Translations under genes and position numbers: made by a program | Source of the DNA: a virus | Taxonomy: Duplodnaviria; Caudoviricetes | DNA: 64,000 nt | Virus record (IMG/VR): IMGVR_UViG_3300043104_000334 | Direction: 5' to 3' (one strand) | The notes under the pieces: generated by a model | Databases searched by the model: none | What the model saw: only the letters and a program-made list of their open reading frames with translations | Told to the model about the DNA's origin: nothing | Shown: positions 37,510 to 48,500 of the stretch, in pieces | Layout: each line of letters starts with the position of its first letter | How positions within the stretch are numbered: position 1 is the stretch's first letter

Positions 37510-38127
37510 TCACATAGATAATACTGTTGGTAGATAGTCCTCTTGCAAATATGCTCCACCATAATATGCAATGGCTCCGTTTGAGTTTATATTTACCTCA
37601 ATACAAAGTCTCCCGTCTCCATCAGCAATAGTACTACGTAAAGCACTTACCCAGTCAGTACCATTATCAGCCCTAAACATAAGTACTGCCTTACGTGACC
37701 TAAGCAATATATCAGAAGCAACTCTCCGTCTCTTTCGATAAACCTCAACACGTTTCCTGATATACTCTTCTCTGTTCTCACGTATAAGGTTAATAGGGAC
37801 AGTGTATTGTTTTTCGACAACACCAGAGTTATTCTCTGCATTAAAGTATTCCTGATATACATTTGGCTGCAAGTCAACCAAGTCTCTGTAGTCATTGAAA
37901 AACTTTATGTCACTCTGACTAACACAAGTAATCACCTTAGAATCCTTGAATTTAAAATCCTTAAGGAAATCACCTGCAAGCTTGTCTTCCAACATATACT
38001 CAACAGAACAGTTACACTCTGATAACATATTCAAATACTTTCTGAAAACATCACCATAGATTCTCTGTGTATCCAGACTTTTGCCGTCATAGCAGCTAGC
38101 CTTTGGAAATACTACAGTTACTTTCAT
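37510..38127 (-). CDS. hypothetical protein
   Basis: Packed minus-strand ORF. Confidence 0.55.
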   Translation of the reverse strand: MKVTVVFPKASCYDGKSLDTQRIYGDVFRKYLNMLSECNCSVEYMLEDKLAGDFLKDFKFKDSKVITCVSQSDIKFFNDYRDLVDLQPNVYQEYFNAENNSGVVEKQYTVPINLIRENREEYIRKRVEVYRKRRRVASDILLRSRKAVLMFRADNGTDWVSALRSTIADGDGRLCIEVNINSNGAIAYYGGAYLQEDYLPTVLSM

Positions 38128-38130
38128 TCT

Positions 38131-38598
38131 TTAATCCTCCGCTGTGACTCCCTTATCCTGCAAAAGCACTCCCTGTAAATGGTCATACTCATGCATAAAG
38201 ATTCTTGCTTTCTTATATGGGAGCCACTCAACTGTTTTAATATTATGCTCATCTACATACGATACTTTTATTAAAAGTGGTCTCTTAACAATGTATCGTT
38301 TGTCTCCCTCAGATAAACATCCCTCGTTTGACTTCTTTGACCCAAATGCAAATAATACTTTTGGGTTGTATACAACCTTTGGGTCTTTGCCTTTTGTGTA
38401 CCTTAACAAGACTGCACAATAAGGCATACCACACTGTACAGCAGATATGCCTTGAGCAGCTCCTTTTAAATCCCTGAATGTCGTTAACAAAACAATCCTA
38501 AGAGTTGAGACAAAATGATTGTCACGCATATCAACTTCTTTCGACACCTGATGCAGCGTTTTTACATCTGTCTCTACAGGACTCCTTTTTACTTTCAC
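38131..38598 (-). CDS. def: peptide deformylase
   Basis: GISAVQCG, EGCLS and HEYDHLQG motifs. Confidence 0.93.
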   Translation of the reverse strand: MKVKRSPVETDVKTLHQVSKEVDMRDNHFVSTLRIVLLTTFRDLKGAAQGISAVQCGMPYCAVLLRYTKGKDPKVVYNPKVLFAFGSKKSNEGCLSEGDKRYIVKRPLLIKVSYVDEHNIKTVEWLPYKKARIFMHEYDHLQGVLLQDKGVTAED

Positions 38599-38612
38599 GT
38601 ATGCTTCATCTC

Positions 38613-39320
38613 CTACTTGAATGTGATATATTGAGTTACATCCAACCCGGCAGCAACCTGAATAAGGTACCCATCATACGTATAGTAATCATACTTAGAG
38701 GATGACCCTTTCATAAGCTGGTACTCCTTGTTGTTCTGTGTTACTGATACCGTTTGTGTGCAGTCATAAGTTCCCTGTGAAACCTTAGCTACACCCAAAA
38801 TAAGTGCACAGTCATTTCTTGCAGTGACCTGATCATATTCATTTCCGAATACAAAATTTCCGAAGTCTACATAAACTTGTGCGTTTGTAAGACTTACTGT
38901 ATTCATGAATTCATAGGCATACACAGCAACAGTTGTTGCGGGCAAGTCATTGGTCGTAACCTTGCAAATCATCCACATGTTATTACCAAGACTCTTTGCC
39001 ATTGTGAGACGTGAACCAAGGTACTCAGTGTAATAGTAGCAACCTTTATATTTGTCCATGTCCTCTTCCATGATACCTTGCGTATTTGATGTAATATTCG
39101 TTACATCAGTAGCATTGTCCAATGACAGCTCAAAGTATAAACCGCTATCAGCCGTCCCAGCTGCTTCATATCCGGAATAAGATTCCAGCTGTGTTTCTTT
39201 CCCGTCGATTTCAATTATACCGTTGTTCCACTCTACAGTAATATCTTCAGTCGGGTTGCCACTAGAGCAGCCCATTAAACATAGAGCGCATAGCATTAAT
39301 ACTGGAATTATCTTTTTCAT
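38613..39320 (-). CDS. lipoprotein
   Basis: MKKIIPVLMLCALCLMGC lipobox. Confidence 0.75.
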   Translation of the reverse strand: MKKIIPVLMLCALCLMGCSSGNPTEDITVEWNNGIIEIDGKETQLESYSGYEAAGTADSGLYFELSLDNATDVTNITSNTQGIMEEDMDKYKGCYYYTEYLGSRLTMAKSLGNNMWMICKVTTNDLPATTVAVYAYEFMNTVSLTNAQVYVDFGNFVFGNEYDQVTARNDCALILGVAKVSQGTYDCTQTVSVTQNNKEYQLMKGSSSKYDYYTYDGYLIQVAAGLDVTQYITFK

Positions 39321-40350
39321 CTATGATTCCTCTCCTTATGTTAATGATATCATTAACAAGTCCGCGAATTTTAATGTAGGTCAGCTTCGTAGAACTTGCT
39401 TCTTCTTCTGACAGTGTATCTATCATAAGCAGCAACTCTTTGTCGGCCCTAAGACTCGGAACCGTAATGACCTTGTTTGAGTTCAGCATCGGGCGTGACC
39501 ACGCTGTCTTCTTCGGTAAGAGATACCCTCTTGAGCAAATAACAGCACGCCGCATAGCCCGAATGTCAAGGTCAGTAGAGATATTATCGATGGCATTTAT
39601 CATATAAATTTCTGATGCCATTCTCACGAAATTGTAACCCGGCTCACCATCAATTACAGCAGAGATATTCTGCATGAAGTTGAACTTTGTATCATACTCT
39701 GTAAGTGCTGCATCTGACTTGATAAGCTTATCAATAATTTCTTTTGCGACAATTACTTCTGGAGACTCTTCAACATCATTAGGTAACTCAACGATTTCTT
39801 TTGTTTGATAGCCGTACTTTGTTGACTCCAAATCAAAGGCTACGTAATGCCCAATAAAGGAATTAAGCAGCTCTTCCATTTCTTCTGTTGTTGTATTAGA
39901 CGCAAACAGTCGAACCTGAAACTCCTTTGATTCTGAATCAATCATTGTACAGTCAAACCACTTTGCTTTAGGGGAACTCCCAAGCTGTACCACCGACATG
40001 AGTGCAATGCAGTTGGGATAGAACTCACCAAACCGGATGTTCTTACTCTCGATATTACAGATAGTTCTTTTATTTCCCTCCGGTATAAGCTTGATGTTTT
40101 CTGTACTTTCGACTGTCATGATATTCGAGATAATTACCAAGTCATAAACAACCATCTCCTGTTTACCTTTGATAACATCCGGACGACGCGTGTACATAAC
40201 ATCCTTGCCAACGAACTGTAACAGCTCTGTGGCATCACCAAATATTTTGACCGCATCAAAATCAATCTGAATCTCACAGTAGTCTAAGCCATCATCATAC
40301 TTTTCAATGAATGTAACTTTCTCTACTTTACCCTGTAGTCTCTCAATCAT
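39262..40350 (-). CDS. possible OB-fold nucleic-acid-binding protein
   Basis: Central VQLGSSPKAKWFDCTMIDSESKEFQVRLF loosely resembles a YhaM-type OB fold. Confidence 0.35.
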   Translation of the reverse strand: MIERLQGKVEKVTFIEKYDDGLDYCEIQIDFDAVKIFGDATELLQFVGKDVMYTRRPDVIKGKQEMVVYDLVIISNIMTVESTENIKLIPEGNKRTICNIESKNIRFGEFYPNCIALMSVVQLGSSPKAKWFDCTMIDSESKEFQVRLFASNTTTEEMEELLNSFIGHYVAFDLESTKYGYQTKEIVELPNDVEESPEVIVAKEIIDKLIKSDAALTEYDTKFNFMQNISAVIDGEPGYNFVRMASEIYMINAIDNISTDLDIRAMRRAVICSRGYLLPKKTAWSRPMLNSNKVITVPSLRADKELLLMIDTLSEEEASSTKLTYIKIRGLVNDIINIRRGIIDEKDNSSINAMRSMFNGLL

Positions 40351-40670
40351 ATCTTTTTCCTTTCCTCATTTACGTAGACAAAGACAGTATCATCATAAAT
40401 ACAGATGATTAGGAAAACTGCCCTTACTAAGATACTTAATAACAGTTTAATAATGTGAACTTTATGGAACAAGCATCTCCACACTAAACTGAAGAATAGC
40501 ATCAACACTTCTGTTGCTACTATATTTCCGAACTTGACATGTATGCCAATCTTCCTCGCACTAAACATCAGTGTTGGCACTATAAGTAGTACATTGTATA
40601 ATGAGAATCCATTTATAAAGAATCCCGCAATCCAACATACGAATGCTGTTATAATAAATCCTGTAAGCAT
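40347..40670 (-). CDS. multi-pass membrane protein
   Basis: Four hydrophobic segments. Confidence 0.6.
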   Translation of the reverse strand: MLTGFIITAFVCWIAGFFINGFSLYNVLLIVPTLMFSARKIGIHVKFGNIVATEVLMLFFSLVWRCLFHKVHIIKLLLSILVRAVFLIICIYDDTVFVYVNEERKKI

Positions 40671-40671
40671 A

Positions 40672-40884
40672 TCATATCAACTCCAATTCTTTTAATATGA
40701 GCGTGTAAGCACCCGGTTCTTTAAATAACTGCAAGTTCTGTCCGATTGGTAAATCATCATATGTAGATGACGTTACTGTTGCTCCTGTTTCAACGATACC
40801 TTCATCTTCAGAAACTTGAGCAGTACGACCAACTCGTACAAATCCAATGATAGCAATTATCACACAATAAATTATTAGGTCCAT
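40672..40884 (-). CDS. small membrane-anchored protein
   Basis: N-terminal TM helix. Confidence 0.5.
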   Translation of the reverse strand: MDLIIYCVIIAIIGFVRVGRTAQVSEDEGIVETGATVTSSTYDDLPIGQNLQLFKEPGAYTLILKELELI

Positions 40885-40888
40885 AACT

Positions 40889-41179
40889 TTAAATGCAATT
40901 CAAGTATGTTACAATATCTCCAACATCTATCACTTCATCAGCAGACTTTCTGTAGGAGATATGACCAACAGTCCTAAGGAGTTTGCTGATATTATAAGCA
41001 CTTTCGCTTATGTTTGCAACAACTTTTCTCTTCCCATTGAACTCAACAATGAGTTGCATATCTCCTTTCTCAAGAGTTCTTACAACGACGGGTAACGTCT
41101 CATTAGGAGTTAGGACTACAACGCTAGGAAACTTCTCCTGCGTCTTTCTTTCTGTTAACTCCTGAATACTGAAACTCAT
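40889..41179 (-). CDS. hypothetical protein
   Basis: Start overlaps the upstream stop; AAGGAGG RBS. Confidence 0.55.
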   Translation of the reverse strand: MSFSIQELTERKTQEKFPSVVVLTPNETLPVVVRTLEKGDMQLIVEFNGKRKVVANISESAYNISKLLRTVGHISYRKSADEVIDVGDIVTYLNCI

Positions 41180-41667
41180 CGCTTAAATGTATCCTCCTTA
41201 GCCTGTGCATGTCTAATGACGTTAGGCAGATATGCGCCGATAAAATACTGACCAAATGGGAACGCAATCGTGTAGAACAGCAGCTTAGCACCACGTAATG
41301 CATCAGCGTCATGTATCACCGTGTACACGAACATCATGTTGGAAACAATCCAGAAAGCAAGTACTGCCCAGAACAGAACAATACTTACCGTGCCGAGCGT
41401 GACATTCTGATAATACTTGTACCATACTCCAACCCTGAATACAGAGATAAGGATTACGAATATGGTCGAGAATGTTACAAGTCGGAGCCGCCCAAAGTAC
41501 TTGTACTCCGAACGAATAATGTTGACGATAGGGATACAGCAGATGACCCTTTCGCCGCCAGAGATTTCTCCCTCCATCTTTGAGATGCCCATTGACATAA
41601 GAGCCGGCGTCCAAAACATAATTGCAAGCAATCCTACAATAATTCCTGATACAAAAGTCTCACTCAT
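41176..41667 (-). CDS. multi-pass membrane protein
   Basis: Four hydrophobic segments and a CIPIVN motif. Confidence 0.6.
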   Translation of the reverse strand: MSETFVSGIIVGLLAIMFWTPALMSMGISKMEGEISGGERVICCIPIVNIIRSEYKYFGRLRLVTFSTIFVILISVFRVGVWYKYYQNVTLGTVSIVLFWAVLAFWIVSNMMFVYTVIHDADALRGAKLLFYTIAFPFGQYFIGAYLPNVIRHAQAKEDTFKR

Positions 41668-41681
41668 CGTTTTAACCCTCC

Positions 41682-42527
41682 TTAAACATCAAACTCATCG
41701 AGAACGGCATTTGCCGCCGCCGCTTCATTTTTCTTTTCACCAAGCATCTGGGTCTTAGCCGGTGCAGATGCACTAGGCTTAGGCTGTGAATCCTGCTTAG
41801 CTTCTTTCTTCTTCATTTCCTCGAACTCAGCATCCGATTTCTTCTTAAGCTCTCTGAGCTTTTTCACGATTGGGTCTTCTTCCTCTTCTACTTTTGGCTG
41901 AGGAGCGGGTGCTTCAACAGGCTTTGCTTGATGGACAACCGATTGTGTCTGAGCTGGCTGTTCCGGCTTAATAGATTCCTGCGTTTGCTGAGTAGGCTGA
42001 ACCGAAACACTCTGTGCAATAACTGGAGCAGCAAGCACCACCTTATCTTCAAGCGTAGAACAAAGGTCATCCCAAGAAGCTTCGTACTGTTTAAGTAATG
42101 CAGTCGGGATTGTCAGATTAGTCCGGATTTCTACCGGTACTAATGTCGTAGCATTAAAATCTATCAGCTGTGAAAGCTGATGAAGAATTCCGTAAGCCAT
42201 CTCTCTGTTTTCTGCGTCCCACTCAAGTCCCTGATTCTGAGCGCAATACATAAGGAATGGTGCAAGCATATTGATAGGCTCCGGCATCGTCTTTGCCATC
42301 TTTTCGATGGTAGACCGCAGGCCAGCATTTGTGATATAGATTTCTGTTTTCTTTGTCTTGATGGCATTGATAACTCTTTGAGTATCACCATCAAACCGGC
42401 TCTGCAACATTAGTGCCTGGTCATAAGTTGCTTTACTTACATAGACGCAGCCCTTAGACTCTACGTCATCTAAGAGCATAATATTTTTCATCTGTAAGCG
42501 ATATGGTTCTTTCTTGTAAAGTATCAT
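41682..42527 (-). CDS. hypothetical protein with Pro/Gln-rich linker and acidic tail
   Basis: Composition of the C-terminal third; ends LDEFDV. Confidence 0.6.
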   Translation of the reverse strand: MILYKKEPYRLQMKNIMLLDDVESKGCVYVSKATYDQALMLQSRFDGDTQRVINAIKTKKTEIYITNAGLRSTIEKMAKTMPEPINMLAPFLMYCAQNQGLEWDAENREMAYGILHQLSQLIDFNATTLVPVEIRTNLTIPTALLKQYEASWDDLCSTLEDKVVLAAPVIAQSVSVQPTQQTQESIKPEQPAQTQSVVHQAKPVEAPAPQPKVEEEEDPIVKKLRELKKKSDAEFEEMKKKEAKQDSQPKPSASAPAKTQMLGEKKNEAAAANAVLDEFDV

Positions 42528-43305
42528 TTACGTACACTCCTTCTTCATACAGTTTTAATATTGTTCTTATATCCATAAACTTTCCACGGTTATAATCCAA
42601 CGCATAGTTTAGCCTTACAATATTTTTATAAGGCAACAATGTTATCAATTTGGTCCCCTGTCCAGTCTTAAGATACGTTGTCTTTTCTTCCAAGAACTTT
42701 CTAGCTGACTTTCTGATTGCGTACATTACCAAATCATTACCAAAGTAATCGATGCACTTATTCAGATTACCAAATCTTCCTCTGTCCAACCTAAGAAACA
42801 TTATACAAACATTCCTAGGATAGACAACGCTATCAACCACGAACAATCTTGAAATTTCATCCTCAGTAATAGGACTCACATCCGGAAATGTTCTTTGCAA
42901 TAATTCCAAAGCAGCATCCATATCCTCATAACTATGACTTATCGAAAAGTACATTGTTCTGAGACAATTCTTTTTGAAGAGTATACCATACTTTGAAACC
43001 AATTCTTTGAACACCTCAAAATTAGACTTGGACTCCAAAAGTTGTACATCTGGCTTCTGCAACATAATATAATTCAATAGAGTTTCATTAACTTCTATGT
43101 AAATAATAAGTGTTGCATAACTGTTTGATACAGATATGAAGTTGATAATATCCTTATAGGAGTCTGTCTTAATCTTAATGTAATATGCACCAATGAGCGG
43201 GACTTCCAGTAGTTTAGCAATCTCATAGAAATCATCAAACTTACTGAACACATATTGAAACTCAGGCAGCTCAGCGCTCTTACTCTTTTTATAAAGATAA
43301 TACAC
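42466..43305 (-). CDS. possible clamp-loader delta (HolA)-like protein
   Basis: ELVSKYGILFKKNCLRTMY...DMDAALELL...PITEDEISRL loosely resembles the HolA lid domain. Confidence 0.3.
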   Translation of the reverse strand: MYYLYKKSKSAELPEFQYVFSKFDDFYEIAKLLEVPLIGAYYIKIKTDSYKDIINFISVSNSYATLIIYIEVNETLLNYIMLQKPDVQLLESKSNFEVFKELVSKYGILFKKNCLRTMYFSISHSYEDMDAALELLQRTFPDVSPITEDEISRLFVVDSVVYPRNVCIMFLRLDRGRFGNLNKCIDYFGNDLVMYAIRKSARKFLEEKTTYLKTGQGTKLITLLPYKNIVRLNYALDYNRGKFMDIRTILKLYEEGVYVNDTLQERTISLTDEKYYALR

Positions 43306-43663
43306 TAAGCTTTTCCTCCCTTTCTTTCATGATACTTTGATGCTGTTTAACACACTCCATCATATCAGCTATGTTTAAGTCCTCTAAATCTATTTGGCTC
43401 ATATATGCATCCCAAACACATAATAAGTCTTCATCACCCGACGCTACAATATCCTTGCGCTCCATCCCAATCAAATCCATAACAGAAATGAATCGCTCAG
43501 AATTAACTTCCACGAGCTTTGTAATAACTCCACCCTCGTCAGGACCAATCGTATCGTAAGGTAAATCGTCCATTTCAGCAATACGCTTATATGGGTCTTC
43601 AAGTCTGACTTTTACCTTATTACGAATAGGGTACTGTGATTCTATAAACCCAATAATATTCAT
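43289..43663 (-). CDS. hypothetical protein
   Basis: AAAGGAG RBS. Confidence 0.6.
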   Translation of the reverse strand: MNIIGFIESQYPIRNKVKVRLEDPYKRIAEMDDLPYDTIGPDEGGVITKLVEVNSERFISVMDLIGMERKDIVASGDEDLLCVWDAYMSQIDLEDLNIADMMECVKQHQSIMKEREEKLSVLSL

Positions 43664-43690
43664 GTTAAGTTACTCCTTTCTTCATTTCTA

Positions 43691-43703
43691 CAATTATATA
43701 TGT
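43691..43703 (-). promoter_or_regulatory. putative element-specific promoter motif CATATATAA[T/C]TG
   Basis: Identical 13-mer at 53456-53468; variant at 59381-59392; related TTATATAAATT at 12857-12867 and 31590-31600. All are intergenic and upstream of RBSs. Confidence 0.45.
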
Positions 43704-43712
43704 CACGCTGAA

Positions 43713-44519
43713 TTATTTTTCTTCAGCATTAAGTTTATTCATTACCTCAACGAGATAACGAACAAATTGCTCTGATGTTACAATAGGTATACCACCACGT
43801 TTTGCTGCGTCTACCTTTCCTCTTGTTGTAGAGCCAGGCTCCCTGATAAGAAAGTCAACACCAGACTGTCTTTTTGTTTTCTGATGAAGAATTATAATTC
43901 TTCCTTTGCATGCCATATTAAGAGTATCAATAAAATCTTCTTTCGTCCTGTATCCATTTGGTGTTCCTGTAATCATTATAGTGAATACCGCTTCAGGACC
44001 TTTTGTAACTATTTCTTTAGGCCGCTTAACAAACTGAACATACTTAGCATTATCATAAATTTCATCTTTATTCTTATCAAGAACAGGACGCCACTTACCA
44101 TCGTACTTTTCATATAGTTCATCAAGTGTATAAATTCCGAGTGTCTTTGTTATGTTACCCCACTCGGAATCAACTCCCTCGAAACAGTGTATTCTCAAAA
44201 ACTGTTCCATTGTAACAAGTGGTTTGAAATTCCACAACTCGAACAACTGGAATGGAGATGTAGCATGTATAAGTGTAGCATCGTTTAAACACCCTGCAAA
44301 TCCAATTCCTTTTACGCCCAATAACTTCCTTGCAAAATCAGCCTTAGCTGCAACAAACCCATAACAATGCTCATTAGAACATTTTCTATTTGTGCACCTA
44401 AGGTCCTCATTATAATAGTTCATCATAGGTGAACCACAATGAGGACACTTAGATGGCAACTTGCCTTTTAACCAATCCGGTATATATGGGTCTTTATCGT
44501 GTTCAACCCAAATAGACAT
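43713..44519 (-). CDS. NAD-dependent DNA ligase C-terminal half (Zn finger, HhH, BRCT)
   Basis: LPSKCPHCGS...RCTNRKC, VKGIG HhH, and BRCT IMITGT...VDFLI...KVDAAKRGGIPIVTSEQF; start at ATG 44519. Confidence 0.8.
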   Translation of the reverse strand: MSIWVEHDKDPYIPDWLKGKLPSKCPHCGSPMMNYYNEDLRCTNRKCSNEHCYGFVAAKADFARKLLGVKGIGFAGCLNDATLIHATSPFQLFELWNFKPLVTMEQFLRIHCFEGVDSEWGNITKTLGIYTLDELYEKYDGKWRPVLDKNKDEIYDNAKYVQFVKRPKEIVTKGPEAVFTIMITGTPNGYRTKEDFIDTLNMACKGRIIILHQKTKRQSGVDFLIREPGSTTRGKVDAAKRGGIPIVTSEQFVRYLVEVMNKLNAEEK

Positions 44520-44535
44520 ACGTAATCTCCTTATC

Positions 44536-45585
44536 TTAGATAATTTCCAAGCTAGCACTCACAATGTAGATGTCATCCATGTCCTCAGTGGATTCAAAGT
44601 AATCATCACCAATAAGGTGCGTCCAGTAGGTATATGTTACAAGCACGTTACCACTATCATTAAGCTGATTCCATTCATCCGGCGTAACACTCACAAAGAA
44701 CCAATCCGCATGCTCATTGTCATCCAGATAAACCTTGATGAAGAGCTGGTTACCATAGACATCAATCTTCTCATAATCGAGGTTCTTCGTTTCTGTATAG
44801 GATGCACCAATCATTGTCCAATCAGTCATATCTGTACGCTCCGGGAGCGTAAGCCATGTCTGCGCTACATAGTGCTTGTATTCATCAGATGCTGTGTCAT
44901 ACAATGGTGCAATAGCCTCCTGAATCCAAGCGTCACGTTCCGCTTCAGCCTGAGTAATTAAATCAGCCGCCGGAACCTGCTGAGTTTGATAGGATTCAAT
45001 TTCATCACCAGTATAACCCGCAGCTCTTAACTGTGTAATCTCATCGGGTGTGTATAAGAATGTCTCTTCACCCACTGGATCGAGCCACTCGAGTCCCTCT
45101 GTACTTGTATCAACATCTGTACTAGAATCTCCACTTGGCTTAAGTAAGATATACCCGACGACAAGCACCGCTACAACAATAGCAGCAATACCAAATACAA
45201 GCGGTTTACTAAGCTGGAATCCACCGGAACCACCTGTCTGCGTCGTGTTGATGATAGTATCATTTGCAGTACCTTGCACAGTTTGCGTTTGCTGAGTCTG
45301 CTGTACCGGCTGAGCGGTAGAAGACGGCTGATAACTTTCAGTCTGCTGTAATACTACCTGCTGAGTGCTATCAGTAGCATTCGCTCTTGCACTCATCATC
45401 CTTTCACGGAGTTGCTCCTGCTGACTCTTATGAGATTGTTGAACTGGCTGACTCTGAATTGTCTGCTGTGTACTTGCAGCCCGCTGCGTATCTTCATTGT
45501 CTGGAACTTTATCACTACGCATCTGCTTCATAAGTTCACGCATCTTTTCTGCGTCTTCAGTAGTCATACCATTAAATCTATCCAT
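44536..45585 (-). CDS. single-pass membrane protein with Gln-rich N-terminus
   Basis: Q/T-rich N-terminus, TM PLVFGIAAIVVAVLVVGYILL, acidic C-terminal domain. Confidence 0.65.
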   Translation of the reverse strand: MDRFNGMTTEDAEKMRELMKQMRSDKVPDNEDTQRAASTQQTIQSQPVQQSHKSQQEQLRERMMSARANATDSTQQVVLQQTESYQPSSTAQPVQQTQQTQTVQGTANDTIINTTQTGGSGGFQLSKPLVFGIAAIVVAVLVVGYILLKPSGDSSTDVDTSTEGLEWLDPVGEETFLYTPDEITQLRAAGYTGDEIESYQTQQVPAADLITQAEAERDAWIQEAIAPLYDTASDEYKHYVAQTWLTLPERTDMTDWTMIGASYTETKNLDYEKIDVYGNQLFIKVYLDDNEHADWFFVSVTPDEWNQLNDSGNVLVTYTYWTHLIGDDYFESTEDMDDIYIVSASLEII

Positions 45586-45586
45586 T

Positions 45587-48500
45587 TTATATTACCTCCG
45601 TAATCTTTCTATTTCGCACTTCGTCGAATACTGCATTAACCTCGTCCTCAAGGTAGTTTATTCTAAGCGGTGTTCTCATTGTCTTGTTACCAATTACGTA
45701 TACAACGGTGTAATAACCATCTGGTATGGTCAGCTTTTGAACACCCTGATTAACTGCTTCCTGTTCTTCAGCAGTCTTAAGGTTTGTAAGGTCTATAACA
45801 CATTCGTCCATAAGATATAACACGTCCGGATTCCTAACACATCTCTCTTCAACTGGTAATAACTCTTCAACATTCGAAATATCGTCCGCATCACCATTGT
45901 TATCATCTCCAGCCTCTTCAACAATAAGGTCACCGTTTGCATCAATATGAGTGTAGGTAGTCGACCACTCATCCATATCCATATACTGCGTAGTGTCCTC
46001 AGCTTCAACAGGTTTAGAAACGATTACTTCAAGAGTTCCATCTCTGTCAAGCTGTTCTATATAACGCTTAACAGACTCATGAATTCTCTCAACATGACTT
46101 AGCGGTTTTCTCTCTTTCTTTGTGAGCATTGTTTCAATAAGAGTATGCGTCAATGAATCATGCTGTACATGCTTAGCAACCTCGTCTACAGTTTTATACT
46201 TGGCAATTAAATCTTGCATATATTCCTTAATCTCATTGTTACGATAATCAGAAAGCACTTGCAAGTAATCATGCCCTGTAAGCATGTAGTTGCCTTTATG
46301 ATATTCCTCAACAACCTTATCGCGTAATGGAATATCGACCTCATACGCTGAATCTTTTCCCTGATACCAGTTGTCAATAAATGCTGGTGCCGCATAGAAT
46401 GGTGGCATATTCTCAATGTCTAATTCCATACATTCCTTAAACATTGAAATGATTTCTTCCTTAGGTATTGACTTATCATAAGATAAAAGAATTTCATCAT
46501 GAATAGGAAGGATCATTCTAACCATAGGTAGCATCTTACCATCATAATCCTTTTCCTTGTCCCATCCCTTTGCTCTGATATAGTTCCATACTTTGGTTTC
46601 TACTATCTTAAGCATCTGAGCACCAGTACCCTGCACCGGAGTATTATTACCAGAACGCACCATAGACTGCGCGAGCTTAGGGTCAACCGTAGGATCAAGC
46701 AATTCAGGAAAATATCTGTAGTAGCAGAATGCCGTTTTGATATAACCGTTCTTCTTTAGGAACTCTTCATTGTTCTTTAGGTAAGCCTTGATATGAGGCA
46801 GACCATTAAAGAAATCTGTAATCTTCTTACGTTCCTCTGCAAGATTCTCCTTAGTATAAGCCGGACCAAAATCTCTTCGCGCAAGTCCATATTCAGTCAT
46901 CATGTATACGACACCAAAGTTAACAGACTTACCTTTCTTTCTGTCTTCCTCCGAAATCATATACATAGGTTTCTTCTGGATAATGGATAGGATTGCTCGA
47001 TGAATATCAACACTAGCATCAGCCTCGAGTTCCATAAGGTCTTTCTGCCCAGCAAGTCCAGCTAGAATTCTAAGCTCTACCTGTTTCCAGTCACATGATA
47101 CTAAACCATGATGTGGGCTATCTGCAACAGCACAAGATTTCATAGTGTCTGAAAACTGATGCGCATCTGACGTCTGCCTGTTTGAACCTGCACCAACCTG
47201 ATTAATATAGAACTTAAAGTATCCATCAACACTGTGATTCATAAGACGGTTTAATGCACCAAGTTCCTTAAGACATTTCTTATAAGTCTGATAGATTACC
47301 AAGCTAGGGTACTTATTCTTAGCTAAGTCCTTTCCAGCTATTATAACCTTACCATTCCTGTCAACAATATCTTTAGGCACAGGAACATTTGGGTCAGCCT
47401 CACGATAACCAGTATCAATGATTCTATCTATAGCAAACTTTGATGTAGATGGCATACCCTTATTCGTACGTACTTCAACCTTACATCTAAGCTTGTTATA
47501 TAAAATATCTGATAATACCTCATAGGAATTAATATTTCTAGAGGTATGATGAATCTTCTTAAACATGTTACTAAGAAGTTCCACTTTATACTCTTCATCT
47601 TCAATCAGCTTTACAAGCCTCTGTTGGTCCATACGAATTCCATAGAACTCGTTCATCGCCTTTATAGGAGGCAATCCCATTTCGAGACTCATAACAAACG
47701 ATTCATCCTTAGGTAGCTTACTCATAAGATAAGGGTAAAGCTTTGCCGGAGACGTAGCATCAGGGCAACCATAAAGCTTTACAATCTCTGGTGGAAGAAC
47801 ATTGAACTTAACCGGTCCAATAAAGATATCTTCCAATGTAAGATAAAAGTTGTGGTCAACCTGTGCAGTAAGATTCTTCAGTGTATGTGAACCTTTCTTA
47901 ATAAGAGGATTTACGAGAACTGCGAGAAGATACGTATCAACATCACAGCGTATAATCTCCCTGTATTCTTCATAGAATCCTTCAATCTCGAACTTAACAT
48001 TATGTCCAAGAATGATTACTTCTGGGAAAGGTGGCTGATTATTTATGGCATCAAAAATCCTACGCAAAAACTCAAGTGGAAGATTGTATTCAAAGTTCTG
48101 CTGTCTGAACGGGAAATAGGTTGACCATTTTGTACCAAGTCCTAAGAACACACCAGTAATCCTGTTTGTTGATGCAGGACCCCAGTCTGTACTAAAGGAT
48201 TCAATATCGAATGACTTAAGTTGCTCTTTAGAGTTAATCCATTCAGTAAGTCTCTTCTCACCCTCTTCAAATGATTGAACAACTACATAATCGTTTGATG
48301 GGTCAATAACATGAGACACCTGTGGATATCTCCTAAGTAGCTCGTCATAAGAATAATATTCAGCCTGTTCAGTACGCACAGTATGACTTCTATCAACCCT
48401 CTGAACATCACTCATCAACTCATAGAGTTCCCAGTTGATAGGCTTATCAGATGCAATATAGATAGAGTCACTCACTTCAGCAATACGTATCTCACCAAGA